NCBI GenBank assembly: GCA_030390025.1
Contig: CM059453.1
Coordinates: 6,262,001 to 6,326,000, forward strand
Direction: 5' to 3'
DNA length: 64,000 nucleotides
Origin: Squalus acanthias
Lineage: Eukaryota
The notes under the pieces are model-generated. The model did no database searches. It was not told where the DNA came from and saw nothing but the letters and a program-made list of their open reading frames with translations. The translations under genes and the position numbers were made by a program. This document shows, piece by piece, positions 10,760-24,827 of this stretch (position 1 is the stretch's first letter; every line of letters starts with the position of its first letter).

Positions 10760-12135
10760 AGTAATGGAGAGAAAGGATATCCTGGAGGGGCCAACGACAG
10801 AATATATTTGATTAGAGTTGAGTAATAATAGAGGTGCCATTGCACTTCTAGGTGTATTCTATAGGCCACCAACTAGTGGGAAATATATAGTGGAGCAACT
10901 TTGCAGGGAAATTACAGAGAGGTGCCAGAAATATAGAGTATTGATAATGGGGGACTTCACCTTTCCTAATATAGTCTGGGATAGTAATAGTGTAAAGGCC
11001 AGAGAGTGGCAAGAATTTCTGTAGTCTATTCAGAAAAACGTTATTGATCCGTATGTTTCCGCTCCAATGAGGAAGGAGGCATGGCTGGATCTGGTTCTGC
11101 GGAATGAGGTGGGTCAAGTAGAGTAAGTGTCAGTAGGGGCACATTTAGGGAATAGTGATCACAGTCTCATAAGGTTTAGATTAGCAATGGAAAAGGATAG
11201 GGAGCAATCTCGAGTAAAAATACTTAATTGGAGGAAGGCCAATTTCACTGGGATGAGAATGGATCTGGCCCGGGTAAATTGGAATCAAATATTGGCAAGC
11301 AAAACTGTAATCGAAAAATGGAAAGCCTTTAAAGAGGAGGTGGTTCGGGTACAGTCGAGGTACTTTCCTACAAGGGGGCAAGGTGGACCGACCAAAGCCA
11401 GAGCTCCCTGGGTGACGAAAGAGGCAATGAGTAAGATGGAGCAGAAAAAGGACACGTATAACAGCTGTCAGGTTGAGAATACAAGTGAGAACCAGGTTGA
11501 ATGTTGAAAGTTCAGAGGGGAAGTGAAAAAGGAAATAAGAGGAGCGTAGTGAGAGTATGTGAATAGTTTGGCAGCTAACATAAAAGGTAATCCAAAAGTG
11601 TTGAATAGGCATATAAATAGTAAACGGGTATTAAGAGGAGGAGTGGGGCCGATTAGGTACCAAGATGGAAACCTACGCATGGAGGCAGAGGGCATGGCTG
11701 AGGAACTAAGTGAGTACTTTGCATCTGCCTTTAACAAGGAAGAAGATGCTGCCAAATTCATGATGAAAGAGGAAGTAGTGAGCTACTGGATGGGATGAAA
11801 ATTGACAAGAAGGATGTACAAGAAAGGCTGGCTGTTCTGAAAGTAGATAAGTCAAAACGACCGGATGGGAGGCATCATAAGATGCTGAGGGAAGGAAAAG
11901 TGGAAATTGCGGAGCTACTGTTCATAATCTTTCGATCCTCCTTGGATATGGGTGTGGTGCCAGAGTACTGGAGAATTGCAAATGTTACACCCTTGTTCAA
12001 AAATGGATGTAAGAATCAACCCAGCAACTACAGGCCAGTCAGTCTAACCTCAGTAGTGGGGAAGTTTTTAGAAACAATAATCTGGAACAAAATTAACAGT
12101 TACTGAGACAATTGTGGATTAATTAAGGAAAGCAA
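10760..12135 (+). mobile_element. CR1 LINE ORF2 fragment (endonuclease C-terminus to RT start)
   Basis: GVFYRPP, IMGDF, LGNSDH, WRIANVTPLFK, NYRPVSLTS; many stops. Confidence 0.88.
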
Positions 12136-12569
12136 TGCTTAGTGTCTGATAAAGGAAACAAAAATGGCTTTTGTCTCTGTTTGAAAGAAATATATTACAA
12201 TTCCAGCAGAGGCAATCCATTCATAAAAAAAGAGACAAAATGTTGAAATACACCGCGGGTCGGGCAGCAACTGAAAGTGAATTGGAAGCTTATGATCCGT
12301 TTATTTCAAAGAGATTTATACCATTTTGAAATACTGGAGTAGAGAAATTCGGGATAAAGACGTTAAAGGTGTGTCATTGCAGGAGTACCTTCACCACACG
12401 GACTGCAGCGGTTCAAGAAGGCTGCTCACCACCACCTTCGCAGGGGGCAATTAGGGATGTGCAATAAATGCTGGCTTTGCTAGCGACGACCACATCCCAT
12501 GAACGAATAAATTTTAAAAAATAACGCTACAAAGCAAGATCTTCGAGGAGACAGTAGAGAAATAATAGA

Positions 12570-12985
12570 ATTTCTATAGCGCCTTTCACGACCTCAAGTA
12601 CTCCTAAAGCGCTTTACAGCCAAGGAAGTACTTTTGATGTGTAGTCAGTGTTGTAATGTAGGAAACGCGGCGGCCAATTGAGCACAGCAAGCTCCCATAA
12701 ACAGCAACATGATATTATTTTATTGGCGAGGGAGATTGAGGGATAAATATTGGCCCAGGACAACAGGGAAATCTCTGTGACTTTTATTCTAAATAGAAGC
12801 AGCAGATTGGTTAGGTCCACCAGAGAGAGAAGACGGGGCCATGTTTTACCGTCTTAATTGAAAAAGGTGACCTTCGACACTGTAGCTCTCCCTCCGTTCT
12901 GCACTGGGAGTGCCAGCCTCGTTTATCTGCTCACGTCTCTGGAGTATGACCTTTGGATTCAGAGGCTAGAGTGCTACCAATTGAA
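12570..12985 (-). mobile_element. DeuSINE-like SINE
   Basis: Same core as 8380-8765. Confidence 0.7.
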
Positions 12986-13554
12986 CGACAGCGTAATAGC
13001 GTGATGATTATTCACCAGTATTATTTATTACGTGGATATATTATTAATATGGATAATCTGAACTCTCACTTTGCATTACAGTTTGAATATACAGCTGGAA
13101 ACACTAAGGATCTTTTCGCAATGCAGTAGAGTTTATAACCGGATGTTGCCTGACTAACCTTCAATTCTAAGTATCGTTCAATTGCCCAACATGATCTCCA
13201 CATAAGGACGTCATAGATGGCCTGCAGTCACCACAACTAATTGGGCTCCAAATAGAACCGAGCTGCTCACGCCTCTGCTCTGGAGCTGTACTGGCACTGT
13301 CGGTAAACAAAACCAACTCGGAGCAGGATCATCGAAAGAGAGCAGAGGGCGAGACACAGAAGATGCTTCATATGAACCGGCAGTGTTAAATCCAAACTGA
13401 GTCACAAATCTAAACACATATCCCTGAACTGGTCAATTGCCAGAATTGGGCTGTTTCAGTACCAAAATTCCTAATCTTTCAGTCTAAAACAAAGTGGAAC
13501 CTGGACCTGAACACACGTCAGTGAACTAGTCAGTAAAACCAAACTGGGCCCTCA

Positions 13555-13900
13555 ATAAGAACATAAGAACATAAAAAAATAAGAGCAGGAGTAAGACATA
13601 CGGCCCCTCGAGCCTGCTCCGCCATTCAATAAGATCATGGCTGAACTAAGACCTCAACTCCACTTCCCTGCCCGATCTCCATATACCTAGATTCGAAAAA
13701 TCCATCTCGCTAAGCCGTGAATAAACACAAAGACTCAGCAGTCACATGCCTCTGGGGCAGAGAATTCCAAAGATTCACATCCCTCTGAGGGAAGAAATTC
13801 CTCCCCATCTCAGTCCTAGATTGCCTACCCCTTATCCTGAGACTATGCCCCCTAGTTCTAGACACTCCAGCAAGGGGAAACAACCTCTCAGGATCTACCT
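13555..13900 (-). mobile_element. CR1 LINE 3' end
   Basis: RTRGHSLRIRG...NLWNSLPQ; aacataag tail repeat. Confidence 0.85.
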
Positions 13901-14534
13901 TACAAACATTCATTAGCTCGTCAATCCAAACCAACTGGGCCCTCAATCTGACCGCATTTCCCCAAACTAGGGGAAATAGGAAAACAAATCGGGCCCTGGT
14001 CTGAGTGCACAACCGTCTCCCCCATTTTTTCTCTCTCGCTGTCACAGACACGCTCTATTCTCTTTTCTCGAGATAAATGAAGACGAGGGCTCAGCTAACA
14101 GTTGGTGGAGCCTCAGGCTTTAGCCTTGTCCAGAAGTTATGAGGTTCTTGCTGCCTGAGTGGATGAGGGAAAAGCCTGCAGGATGGATGAGCAGGTTGAA
14201 CCAAGGCACCATTGTGCAGGAGGATAACAGAGGCCTTTAAAATTATGAAGGGGTTTGATAGGGTATATCTAGAGATGATGTTTACATTTGTGGGGGTTGG
14301 AAAATTAAGGGCCTTTAATATAAGAAAGTCAACAACAGTGAATACATGATAAAACGCTTTACCAAGAGAATGGTTCGAACGTGGAACTCACGTGTAATAG
14401 TTGAGGCGAATAGCATAGATGCATGTAATGGGAAGCTAGATAAGTACAAGAGGGAGAAAGGAATAGATGCTTATGCTGATGGGGTGAAATGAAAAGCTTA
14501 GGCAGGAAGCTTTGTGGAGCATAAAAACACTTTT

Positions 14535-15320
14535 CTAAGTTTCAATGAGATCCCCGCTCATTCTTCTAAACTCTAGCGAATACAAGCACAATCGACCCAA
14601 TCTCTCTTCATACGTCATTCCTGCCATCCCAGGTATCAGTCTGGTGAATCTTCGCTGCACTCCCTCCATGGCAAGAACATCCTTCCTCAGATAAGGCGAC
14701 CAAAACTGCACAAAATACTGAAGGTGTGGTCTCACCAAGGCCCTGTGCAACTGCAGGAAGACATCCTTGCTCTTGTACTCGAATCCTCTTGCTTTGAAGA
14801 CCAACATACCATATGCCTTCTTAACCGCCTGCTGCACCTGCATGCTTAACTTCAGCGACTGGTGCACAAAGACACCAAGGTCTCGTTGCACTTCCCCTTT
14901 TCCCAATCTATTGCCGTTCAGATACTAATCTGCCTTCCTGTTTTTGCCACCAATGTGGATAACCTCGCATTTATCCACATTATACTGCATCTGCCATGCA
15001 TCTGCCCAATCGCCCAACCTGTCCAAATCATACAGGAGATTCTCTGCATTCTCCTCACAGCGCACACGCCCGCCCTGCTTTGTTTCGTCTGCAAACTTGG
15101 AGATATTACATATAGTTCCCTCGTCCAGATCATTAATATATATTGTGAATAGCTGGAGTCCTAGCACCGATCCCTGCTGTACCCCACGAGTCACTGCCTG
15201 CCACTCGGAAAAGACCCGTTTATTCCAACTCGTTGCTTCCTGTCTGCCAACGAGTTCTCCATCCAAGTCAGTACCTGACCCCCAAGCCCATGTGCTTTAA
15301 CTTTGCACGCTAATTTCTTA
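14535..15320 (-). mobile_element. CR1 LINE RT fragment
   Basis: GVQQGSVLG, YINDLD, KFADETK, LVRPHLQYFVQFWSP. Confidence 0.9.
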
Positions 15321-16094
15321 TGAGGAGTTAATGAAGTGGGGTTACAAAGAGGATTTTAAATCTGTGTTAAAATGGGAGCTTTAAAATGAAGGAGAAGTTG
15401 GGCGAGAGGATCTGTTGGCTGACGGAAAGTGAGCTCAACACGCAGACGTCAGAGCCAACATGGCCGCTGCTGGTCTGCCCTCCCCTCCTCCGCCACCTTG
15501 CCAATACTCGGAATTGACCTCACCTCCATTTGCAACTTCCCTGCCTTGGTCGACTCCCTGGGTGTTCACGGGGTCAGGTGATTCGTCCTCCCAGAGTGCA
15601 GCGTGGTCCGATCTGGCCCTTTTTTTCGGCCGCATTGCATTGTGGGAATGCGGGGCTGCCATCGTCCCCTCCGTTCAAGCGGCACCTGGAATCGGGGGAT
15701 AGGCAGGGACGCGAGCTGGAGATTCAAACCGCTTGCCAACGGGGAACGCCTGCCTGCCGCTCCTCCTTCAACGCCTGAACCGGCAACCTGCCCCCAGCCC
15801 CACTTTCTCCCCACCTGCCCCATTTCTTCCTCCTGAATCCCTTCCATTCCCGTGAACGCCTTACTTCTGTCCGAACACACATCGCTAAATCAAACTGGAA
15901 TCTTAATCTGATCAGACATTCTTAATCTAGTCAGTACAACCAAACTGTGCCTTGATTTTGAAATAGTCAGTTAAACGGAACTGGGTCCCCTCCCTGTGCA
16001 AGAATCCTGAATCTAGTCAGTCTAAAAAAAACTGGTATCCCGAATCTGAGCACACAATCCTAAACTAGTCAGCCTAAACCGAACTGAGCGTTAT

Positions 16095-17345
16095 TTGAGA
16101 GCTAGCAAAAATCTATCGATCTCAGAATTAAGATTAATAATTTTGCTAGCAACTACTGCTTTTTGTGCGATCGAGTTCCACACTGCTACCACACATTCTG
16201 TGATGACGTGTTTTCTATCTTCTATCCTAAATGGTCTCTCTCTCTGGTTTTATAGTTATGTTCCCTTGTCCGAGACTCCCCCACTGGCGGAAAAAGTTCT
16301 CTCTCCATCGATCCCTGTCAATTCCTTTTAAATTGCGCTGTTCTCCTTCCAAGCACAATGTAACATTGCTAAGGTGTGCTGCCCAGTACTGTACCCAGTA
16401 TTCCAGATGTTGTCTATCTAGGGCAATTTGTTAGCTGCAGCAAAACTTCCGCCACTATATATTCTAACCATCTAGTTATTAAGGCTAAAATCAAATCAGC
16501 CTTTTAGATGAGATTTCGCAACAGACATTTTAGTAGTCTGTGTACATCGATCCCTAAATCTCATTGGATCTCCACTGTTCCTAGTTTTTCAACATTTAAC
16601 AAATACACGGATCGATCATTTTTGTTCCAAAATGGATGACCTTACATGTATCCTGTGTTGCAATCCATCTGCCACAGTTTTGCACAACCACTTAATATAC
16701 CAAATTCACGTTTTAATGTAATGCTCCCGTCTGCACACCCAACTATGTCACCAATCTTTATATCATCAGCAAACGTGGATATATGGCTCCCTATTATGTT
16801 ATCCAAGTCATTCCTAATATGGGGAGATGCCTGCGTTGGACTGGGGTGGACAAAAATGAGAAGTCGCACAACACCAGGTTATAGTCCAACAGATTATTTA
16901 CAAGCTTTCGGACGCTTGTAATTCCTAATTTGGTGAGGCCACAGCACAGATGCTTGTGGGATCCCACGAGTCACTTCCTTCCAATTCGAGTACATAACCA
17001 TTATCCCTACACTCTGTCTTATGAAGCCTAACCAGTCTCCGAAGCAGTCAACAATTTGCCTTCAATGCCATGAACTTTAATTTTAGCTAACATGCACTTA
17101 TGTGGAACGTTATTGATTGCCTTCTAAAAGTGCATATGGACGACTTCCACAAACATTCCCTTGTCTACTATTGCAGTTACTTCTTCAATGAAATCAATTT
17201 GCTTTTTTCGACATGAACTACACTTTACAAATCCTCGTTGGAGCTCTCTCATCAGCTCTAATATCTGTTGTGCTCAGTCACTCTGTCATTAACAATGGAT
17301 TCCTATAAATTTCCCACAATAGATGTTAGACTACCAGTTCTTTAG
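16095..17345 (-). mobile_element. Old CR1 LINE RT fragments, interrupted by a Penelope-type piece at ~16825-16915
   Basis: NDLDNIIGSHISTFADDIKIG; the insert matches one arm of the 26139-26345 element. Confidence 0.7.
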
Positions 17346-19974
17346 GGTGGAGATTACTGATTATTCCCAAGACACCAGCATCAATATTGTGGGCTGGGGG
17401 TGATTTTCTTTGAGACACCATGTATACCACTGATTTAGGGGAGTGATTCGCTGCGTGCAATAGGGTAATTACATAGAATTACATACAATGTAAGGCACAG
17501 AAACAGGCCATTTGGCCCAACATGTCTATTTGGGATTCCTCCCACCCTTCTTTTTCCAACCCTATCAGTTAAGATTACTATTCTTTTTTCCCTCATGTAT
17601 CTCACTAATATCCCCTTAAATGCATCTATGCTGTCCGCATCATCCATTCCATGTGACAGCAAGTTTGACATTCTAACTACTGTCAAGTTTCATAGAAACA
17701 TAGAAAAATAGGAGCAGGAGTAGGCCATTCGGCCCTTCGAGCCTGCTCCGCCATTCAATATGATCATGGCTGATCCTCTATCTCAATACCATATTCCCGC
17801 TCTCTCCCCATACCCCTTGATGCCTTTTGTTTCAGGAAATCTATCAATCTCCTTCTTAAATATATTTTCCTGAATGCCTTATTGTATTTATAAGTGAATA
17901 TATTATATTGAAGACCACTAGTGTAGGACTCTCTAACATTTTTAAACATATACTATTCGTCAAACAGATTATAACCCTTTATAATTTTAACGAACTCTAT
18001 AAGGTCACCTCTCTGCCAAAAATCTTCGACAGAAAAGAGCACAAGCGTGCTCAATCATCCTTCATAGTTATAACCCCTCAGTTCTGGCATCATCTTGCAA
18101 TTCTTCTTGTTCCTTCCCCAGTGCGTCTTTACGTTGTTAATAATATGGAGGCCAGGACTGTGCATTAAGGTAATTATTCATCTGCTGCTACAGAACGCTT
18201 TTTGTGACACATCCCACACACAAGGCCGTCCCATCCCTCCTGCAATTAGTGTCAACACCATTAGTAAGAATAAGAATATATTGATCGAGGAATGATTATT
18301 GGTCCCATGGTCGCCGCACCTTGACTCTGTGCAATTCACTCTCACTGACTCTCATCCACATTTAATATCCTTGAGTGTGTGGGATAATCATGGGGCACTC
18401 GCGAGAATGTAACACTCCCATTCCTGAATTCCGGAACCCATAGAAATTTCAGTGGAACTGCCACTCCGGACTGCATGTGCGTATGTATCTTGTAAAGTCA
18501 CATACAATCACATTCAAAGCACCACCTGGTGTGTTCCTCGAGGGAATTATCCATCCTCTGTACTATTTGCACATTATGAATATCTATTACTGCATTTCCA
18601 TTCACTCCCGAAGATATTTTATATCTTCTAATAGCCTTCTACTAAGCGGTTAGTAAGGGATTGATCATCATTCTCAAATGTCGGCCTCAGTTGTCCCGTC
18701 GAGACTTTTACTCACTTTAGTAAAAAGTTTGCTTATCAATGGTTTTCAATTCTGATGAACTATTTACCCAACATTTTTATTAATATAGATTCTCCACACT
18801 GATCACGACTGACCTGTTATGTCATTGCTGAATTATATGATTTTCCACAAGGCTTTGGGTGCCCGGCATTTCCAACGGTCTTGACTTAACTCGCGTGGCT
18901 GTCTTTCCCCTCTTCCTGTGCGTGTGGAGTTAACTCGGAAAATGAATTCTGTTCCCCCTGTTGAAAAGCCCAATAAGTATGAATGGAACATGGAAACGTG
19001 GAAACGCGCCAGAAATAAGGGATTTCCTCATGAAAGTGAAACGGATTTGAGGCTTAGAATTGTGAAATACACAACGGAAAAGTGAGTTCTGAAAACTGTA
19101 CGAGGCACATCCGTGGTGCTTTACTGAGATCCATAAGGTCAGGTAGATGTTTGATCACTTACCCAGTTTCCATGGCAGCAGTGAGGCGGTTCTCTTATCT
19201 GCCAACTAGTCTGAACTGATTCTGCTTCTTAATCTTGTGCTAAATGTGTACATTTTGAATGTGGTCAGTGTTTTACTGAGAGTCCGGATTGGATCCAGGA
19301 GTTGATCAATTGGTGGGGAGTTCATCCCGTAGATTAAAAAAAATCCATATTGATTCCTGTAGCATTGAAATTCGAATCTAATACCAGAAGACCACTTCAC
19401 ACGTCTCAGATCTAGTACTGAAATCAGAAAATCAGAAACGTGTCATTGTAGCAACGAGGTTATAAATGAGTTAATTTCAGCAGATTTCATATCGCTGGAG
19501 TGTCAATATAAAGAAGTGAAGTCAATTCTGAAGCTGGCAGTTTTCCCGTGAGAAAAAGTTTATTGACAGACTCTGTTGTAGCTTTGACATTTCAGATACG
19601 TGCTGTGCCCCGCACCACTGAAGGTCATCAGCCCACATGTCTGCAGACAGCGCCTACAGAACTAACCACAGCTGCGCATTTCAAACATAGTTCAATGGCC
19701 CATAAATAGCAAAGTATGTGGGAGGTGTGAGTCGAGATGTCTGCAGTTGGCGTAGAAAATTATTTTAGAGCTTGAATTCTAAAATGCCATCGACTGACCT
19801 CTAACTTTACAGATAATGTGGGCGGTTGGCTATACCCCTGCTAAGGCTTGCTTAGCAGTAACTGTTAGCCATACACTGATGTACATTGTCATATTCGAAC
19901 TGTTCCACAACGCTCACAGTTGTGGTCACTAACAATGGAGAAGTGTCGAACGCTGCCAGAGATAACCCGGTCAA

Positions 19975-22900
19975 TAGAATCAGAGAATGATACAGAAAAG
20001 AAGGAGGCCATTCGGCCCATCTTGCCCGTGCCGGCTCTTTATTGAATTAATACCATTTTCCTTCTCTTTGTAGTTTTTTTTTCTTTCAAGTATTTATCCA
20101 ATTCACTTTTGACTGTTATAATTGAATTTGCTTCCAGCACCTTTTCAGGCAGTGCATTCCAGATCACAGCAACTCTCTGTGTAACATTAATTCCTCATAT
20201 CATCGTTGGTTATTTTGCCAATCATTTTAAATCTGTGTATTCTTTTTACCGTCCCTTCTGCCGCTGGAAACAGTTGTAACTTATTTACACTATCAAAGCC
20301 CTTCCGGATTTTGAACAGCTTTATTAAACCCCCTCTTATACTTCTCAGCTCCAAGGAGAACAACCCCAGCTTCTCCAGTCTCTCCACATAAATGAAGTCC
20401 CTCATCACTGGAACCATTCCAATAAATCTCTTCGTCACCCTCTCCAAGGCATCCTTCCTAAAGTGTGGTGCCCAGAATTGAACACAATACTCCAGCTGGG
20501 GCCTAACCAGTTTTTCATAAAGGTTTAAAAAATCGTCCTTGCTTATGTACTCTATTCCTCTATTAATATAGGCAAGGATTGCATATGTTTTTTTAGCAGC
20601 CTTCTGAACTTTTCCTGCGACCTTCAAAGATTTGTGCACATACATCCTAGGTCTCTCCGTTCCGGAACTCCCTTTATAATTTTACCATTTAGTTCATGCT
20701 ACATCTGCTCATGCTTCCTTCCAGAATGCATCACATCACAATTCTCTGCGTTAAATATCATCTGCCTTGTTTCTGCTCATTTTACCAGCCTGTTTATTTC
20801 CTCCTGACGTTTGTTATTATCCTCCTCATTGTTTACTACATTTCTGAGTTAGTTACCCACTGCAAAAATATTAAAAAATGCCTCATATAATATCCAGGTC
20901 ATTAATATATATCAAAAATTGCAGTTGTCCTAAATCCGACCCCTGGGGTACACTACTGTAGACTTCCTCCCAGTCTGAATAACTACCGTTCACCACTGCT
21001 CCTTGCTTTCTGTCAGGTTAATCCATTTCGTATCCATGCAGCCACTGTCCCTTTAATCCCATGGAATTTAATTTTGTTGACAAGTTTATTATGCAGTACT
21101 TTGTCAAGTGCCTTGTGAAATTCCACATAAACAACATCCACCGCACTACCCTGATCAACCCTCTCCATTAATTCATCAAAGAAATCGATCTAGTTAATCA
21201 AACACGATTTGATTTAAGCCAATCCGTGCTGACGTTTAGTCCATACTTTTCCAAACGCCAATTAACGTTGTCCCAGATCATTGTCTCTACAAGTTTCCCG
21301 ATAACCGAAGTTAGGCTGACTGGCCTGTAGCTGTCGAGTTTATTTCTTTTCCTTTTTTAAACAGTGCTGTAAAATTTGCAATCCTCCATCCAGTCCTCTG
21401 GCACCACCGCCATTGCCAAGGACGTTTGGAAGATTGTGTCCACAGCTTCATGCATTTCCACCCTTACTTCTCTCGGTAGACTTAGAGTCATCTCCTATGA
21501 GGACTGACAACCTATTTATACCTCATCTTTATCAATTTGTATCCTCTCCAGAATCGCTACTGCCTCCTCCTTTATTGCTACATTGGCAGCATCCTCTTCC
21601 CTCGTGACACCAGATGCAAAATTCAGATTTTTTACCTCAGCCATGCCACCTGATTCGGCAAGATCCACTTTGTATTCGCTAATCGGGTCAATCTTTCCTT
21701 TGACTAAACTTTAAGTACTTAATGTTGGTAAATGACTTTTGGTTTCACTTTTATTGTCGCTGCTAATCTATTCTCATACTCTCTGTTTGCCCCTCTTATT
21801 CGCGTTGTTTATATCTTCTCTCTAATTTCCCTATTCAGCTTGGTTCCCTTCTGTATTATTAACCGTACATTTGTTATAAGCCTTCTTTTTCTGTCTCATT
21901 TTAACTCCTATATCTTCAGTCATCCAGGGAGCTCGAGCTTCGCGTGCTCTTCCTTTCCCCCTCGTGGTAGTGTCTATAAACTGCACCCGAGCCGTCTCCA
22001 CTTTGAAGGCCTCCCATTGTTCAATTACTGTTTTGTCGAACAATTTTTGATTCCAATCCAACTGAGCTGGATCACTTTCCATTTCAGTGAAGTTAGCCTG
22101 CTTCCAGTTAAGCCTTTTTTACGCTTGATTCCACCTTGTCCTTTTCCATAATCAATCCAAACCTATATATTATGATCACTGTTAGCCAAATGTTCTCCCA
22201 ATGAAAACACTCCACTCGCCCCACGTCATTCCCTAGACTGCTTCCTTCCTCGGCGGACTGGAAATACACTGATCAAGAAAGTTCTCGTAAACATTTCAGG
22301 AATTCCTCACCCTATTTTTTATCCAGTGTTACTAACCGAGTCTACATCAGGAGAAATTAGCACCATTATCTTTAATCTGTAGCTCTTGGATCTTTCTGCA
22401 ATTTGACTGCAAATTTGCTCCTCCATCTCCTCCCCACTGCTTGATGGCCTGTAGTATACATCCAGTCGCATATTTTCTCCTCTATTTTCCTTAATCCTAT
22501 ACTGATAGACTCTGCCTGTTCCCCTTAAACTACATCATCTTTCTCCAGAGCTTTCAGAGTTTATTTGATCAGTTCTGCCACCCATTCCTTTTGTTTCCTT
22601 TTTTTTATCTGTCCTGAATAACTTGCAGCCAGGAATGCTATATTCCCACTCCTCCCCATCATTTAGCCGGATCTCTCTTCATGCCACTATATCATCGTCC
22701 CACGTGGCGATTTGTGTCTGCCGCTCACCAACCTTATTTACCTAGCGCCGTCTATTTACGTGCATACACGCCAACTCATTTTAGTCAGTGTCGCATTTGT
22801 CTCCTGTCTGAGCCCTCATATTTCTCAACTGTCCTTTACGCTAGTGCTATTTGTCATTTCCAGTTCCCTGTGCACCTTGTTTCTCCTCTCTAATGTTTTA

Positions 22901-24620
22901 TCTTGGTTCCCTCCCCCTCGCAAAACTAGTTTAAAACCTCCCCGAGGTTATAAGTTAAATTTCCCTCGAGGACATTGGTCCCAGCTCTTTTGATGAGCAA
23001 CTCGCCAACCTTGAACAGGTCCTTCCTGACCCAGAACTGGTCTCAGTGGCCTAGGATTCTGCAGGGCACCCTCCTGCACCATGTCTCCAGCCACGTGCTA
23101 CCCTGTTGTATCCTACTATTGTAGGATAGATTAGAACTGTAGGATTTAGTAAATATTATTGAGATTCTATAACCATTTCTTTATAAATATAATATGTGAA
23201 ATTGTATGCTAAAAACCTAAAAAACCTGTACAAAATAGCGAATGGCTGAGACCAAATAAGGATGAGAAATTATGCCAACCTGACTAAAAACCTGTGTTTT
23301 AAATTACTGAAGTAATGGAATGTGGTGCTGAATAAACACGGACACTGTCGGAGACTTAGAATTGGTAATGTTATGGAAAAGATATAAGATCTAGAGAAGA
23401 TTGCTAGGTATTGGAGACATCGTTCATTTTAGAAACTGCAGAATGGACAAACTGTTCAGAAAACATCTGAAGGATGTTCTGTAAAGTGGCATTCTTAGAT
23501 AAGGGTATCTTTTGATGCACAGAACGAGACCTAGTGGGATTAAAGACGTCATTAAGATGATTGGCAAGGAGAGGAGGAACAATTACCAGGTGTCAGAGAG
23601 TTAGTTACTGCCACAAAGGCAAAATGGGAGAAAAAGGGTATAAAAATTCAGATATTGTACACCAAAAGCAGCGCGAAGCCAGAGGAGGAAGAAGAAGCTT
23701 CAGTCAACAGAACACAGCAAAAGAATAAAGAGACCGTGCCCCATTACTCGGAAGGAATACCGGGGTTCGATGAACAGACTGCGACTATCTTCTGGTTAAG
23801 TATTGCATCTTTGTACTGGATGTTTAATGCTTAATAAACCTGTTTTAATTATACACAATATACCTGTACACAGAGTGGTTTGTGTAGTCATGGGCAGATT
23901 ATTCTAAAGAGCTTATAAAAGCTACAGACTCTATCCAACACTATTCCGATGCTCACGGACACCTGGCACTGGGATGAATCAAGAGATTACTACCTTTGAA
24001 GTTCTGCTTTTAACTTGCTCCCTAGCTCCTGAAACTCTGACGGCAGAACCTCGTACTCTTTCCTTCCTATGTCATTGGTTCCCACATGGACCACGACTTC
24101 TGAGTGTTCCCTTCTTCCTCAAAATGTTCTGCACCTTCCAAGTGATATCCTTTCAACTGGCACCAGGAAGGCAACACACCATGCGGTACTGACGTTGGCA
24201 GTTGCAGAAACGGCTGTCTATATCCCTGACTATTGAACTATCACCGATGACTATTGCATTTCTACACTTTGCTGTGCCCCCAGTTCAGTCGTTTGGCCCA
24301 CAGTGCCGTGAACGTTACGTAGACTGCAGTCCACAAAGTATCATCACCCTCACTGGCATTCGGTGCTGAAAATCGGTTTCAGAGTGCCACACTCCTTGAG
24401 GATTCCTGCATTGCCTGCCTCTAACTACCCTGCCGGATGGCCACCCTCTTCCTATTCTCAGAAAATCTCTGCAGCTGCAGGGTGATCACCTCCTGGAACC
24501 TCGGTTGCAAGAAACTCTAAGCCTCCCGTATGCCCTGCAATGACTCCAGTCGCAGGTCAAGTTTAGAAAACCTGAGCTCGAGTTCGAGAAACTGGAGGCA
24601 GTGCCTGCACACATCTTTCT
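19975..24620 (-). mobile_element. Long degenerate CR1 LINE (ORF1 esterase remnant and ORF2), carrying a nested solo LTR
   Basis: LVRPQLEYCVQFWAPHFRK (20187-20645), EQWEAFK...APW (21831-22082), MVCCLPGA near 24170. Inserted in the upstream region of pseudogene D. Confidence 0.85.
23120..23940 (+). mobile_element. Solo LTR (821 bp)
   Basis: TGTAGGATAGA...TCTATCCAACA termini (10/11 inverted match); CTAT direct repeat at 23116-23119 and 23941-23944; TATAAAA near 23640; AATAAA at 23833-23838. Confidence 0.85.
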
Positions 24621-24827
24621 CGTGGATTGGTGGGTGCTGGAGAACTGAACACGCGAATTCTGCTTCGATTAGCACGGAAATCCAGTGTATTGCACGGGAG
24701 CAGAATCAGGAAACGTGATTCATCTGGAATCTGAGATAATCTGTTTTATAATTTTGACTCTGTGAAACGTCGCCAGCCAGGAAGAGTATTACATTTATTT
24801 CCATTCTGATATTTAGCAAAGTTGAAA

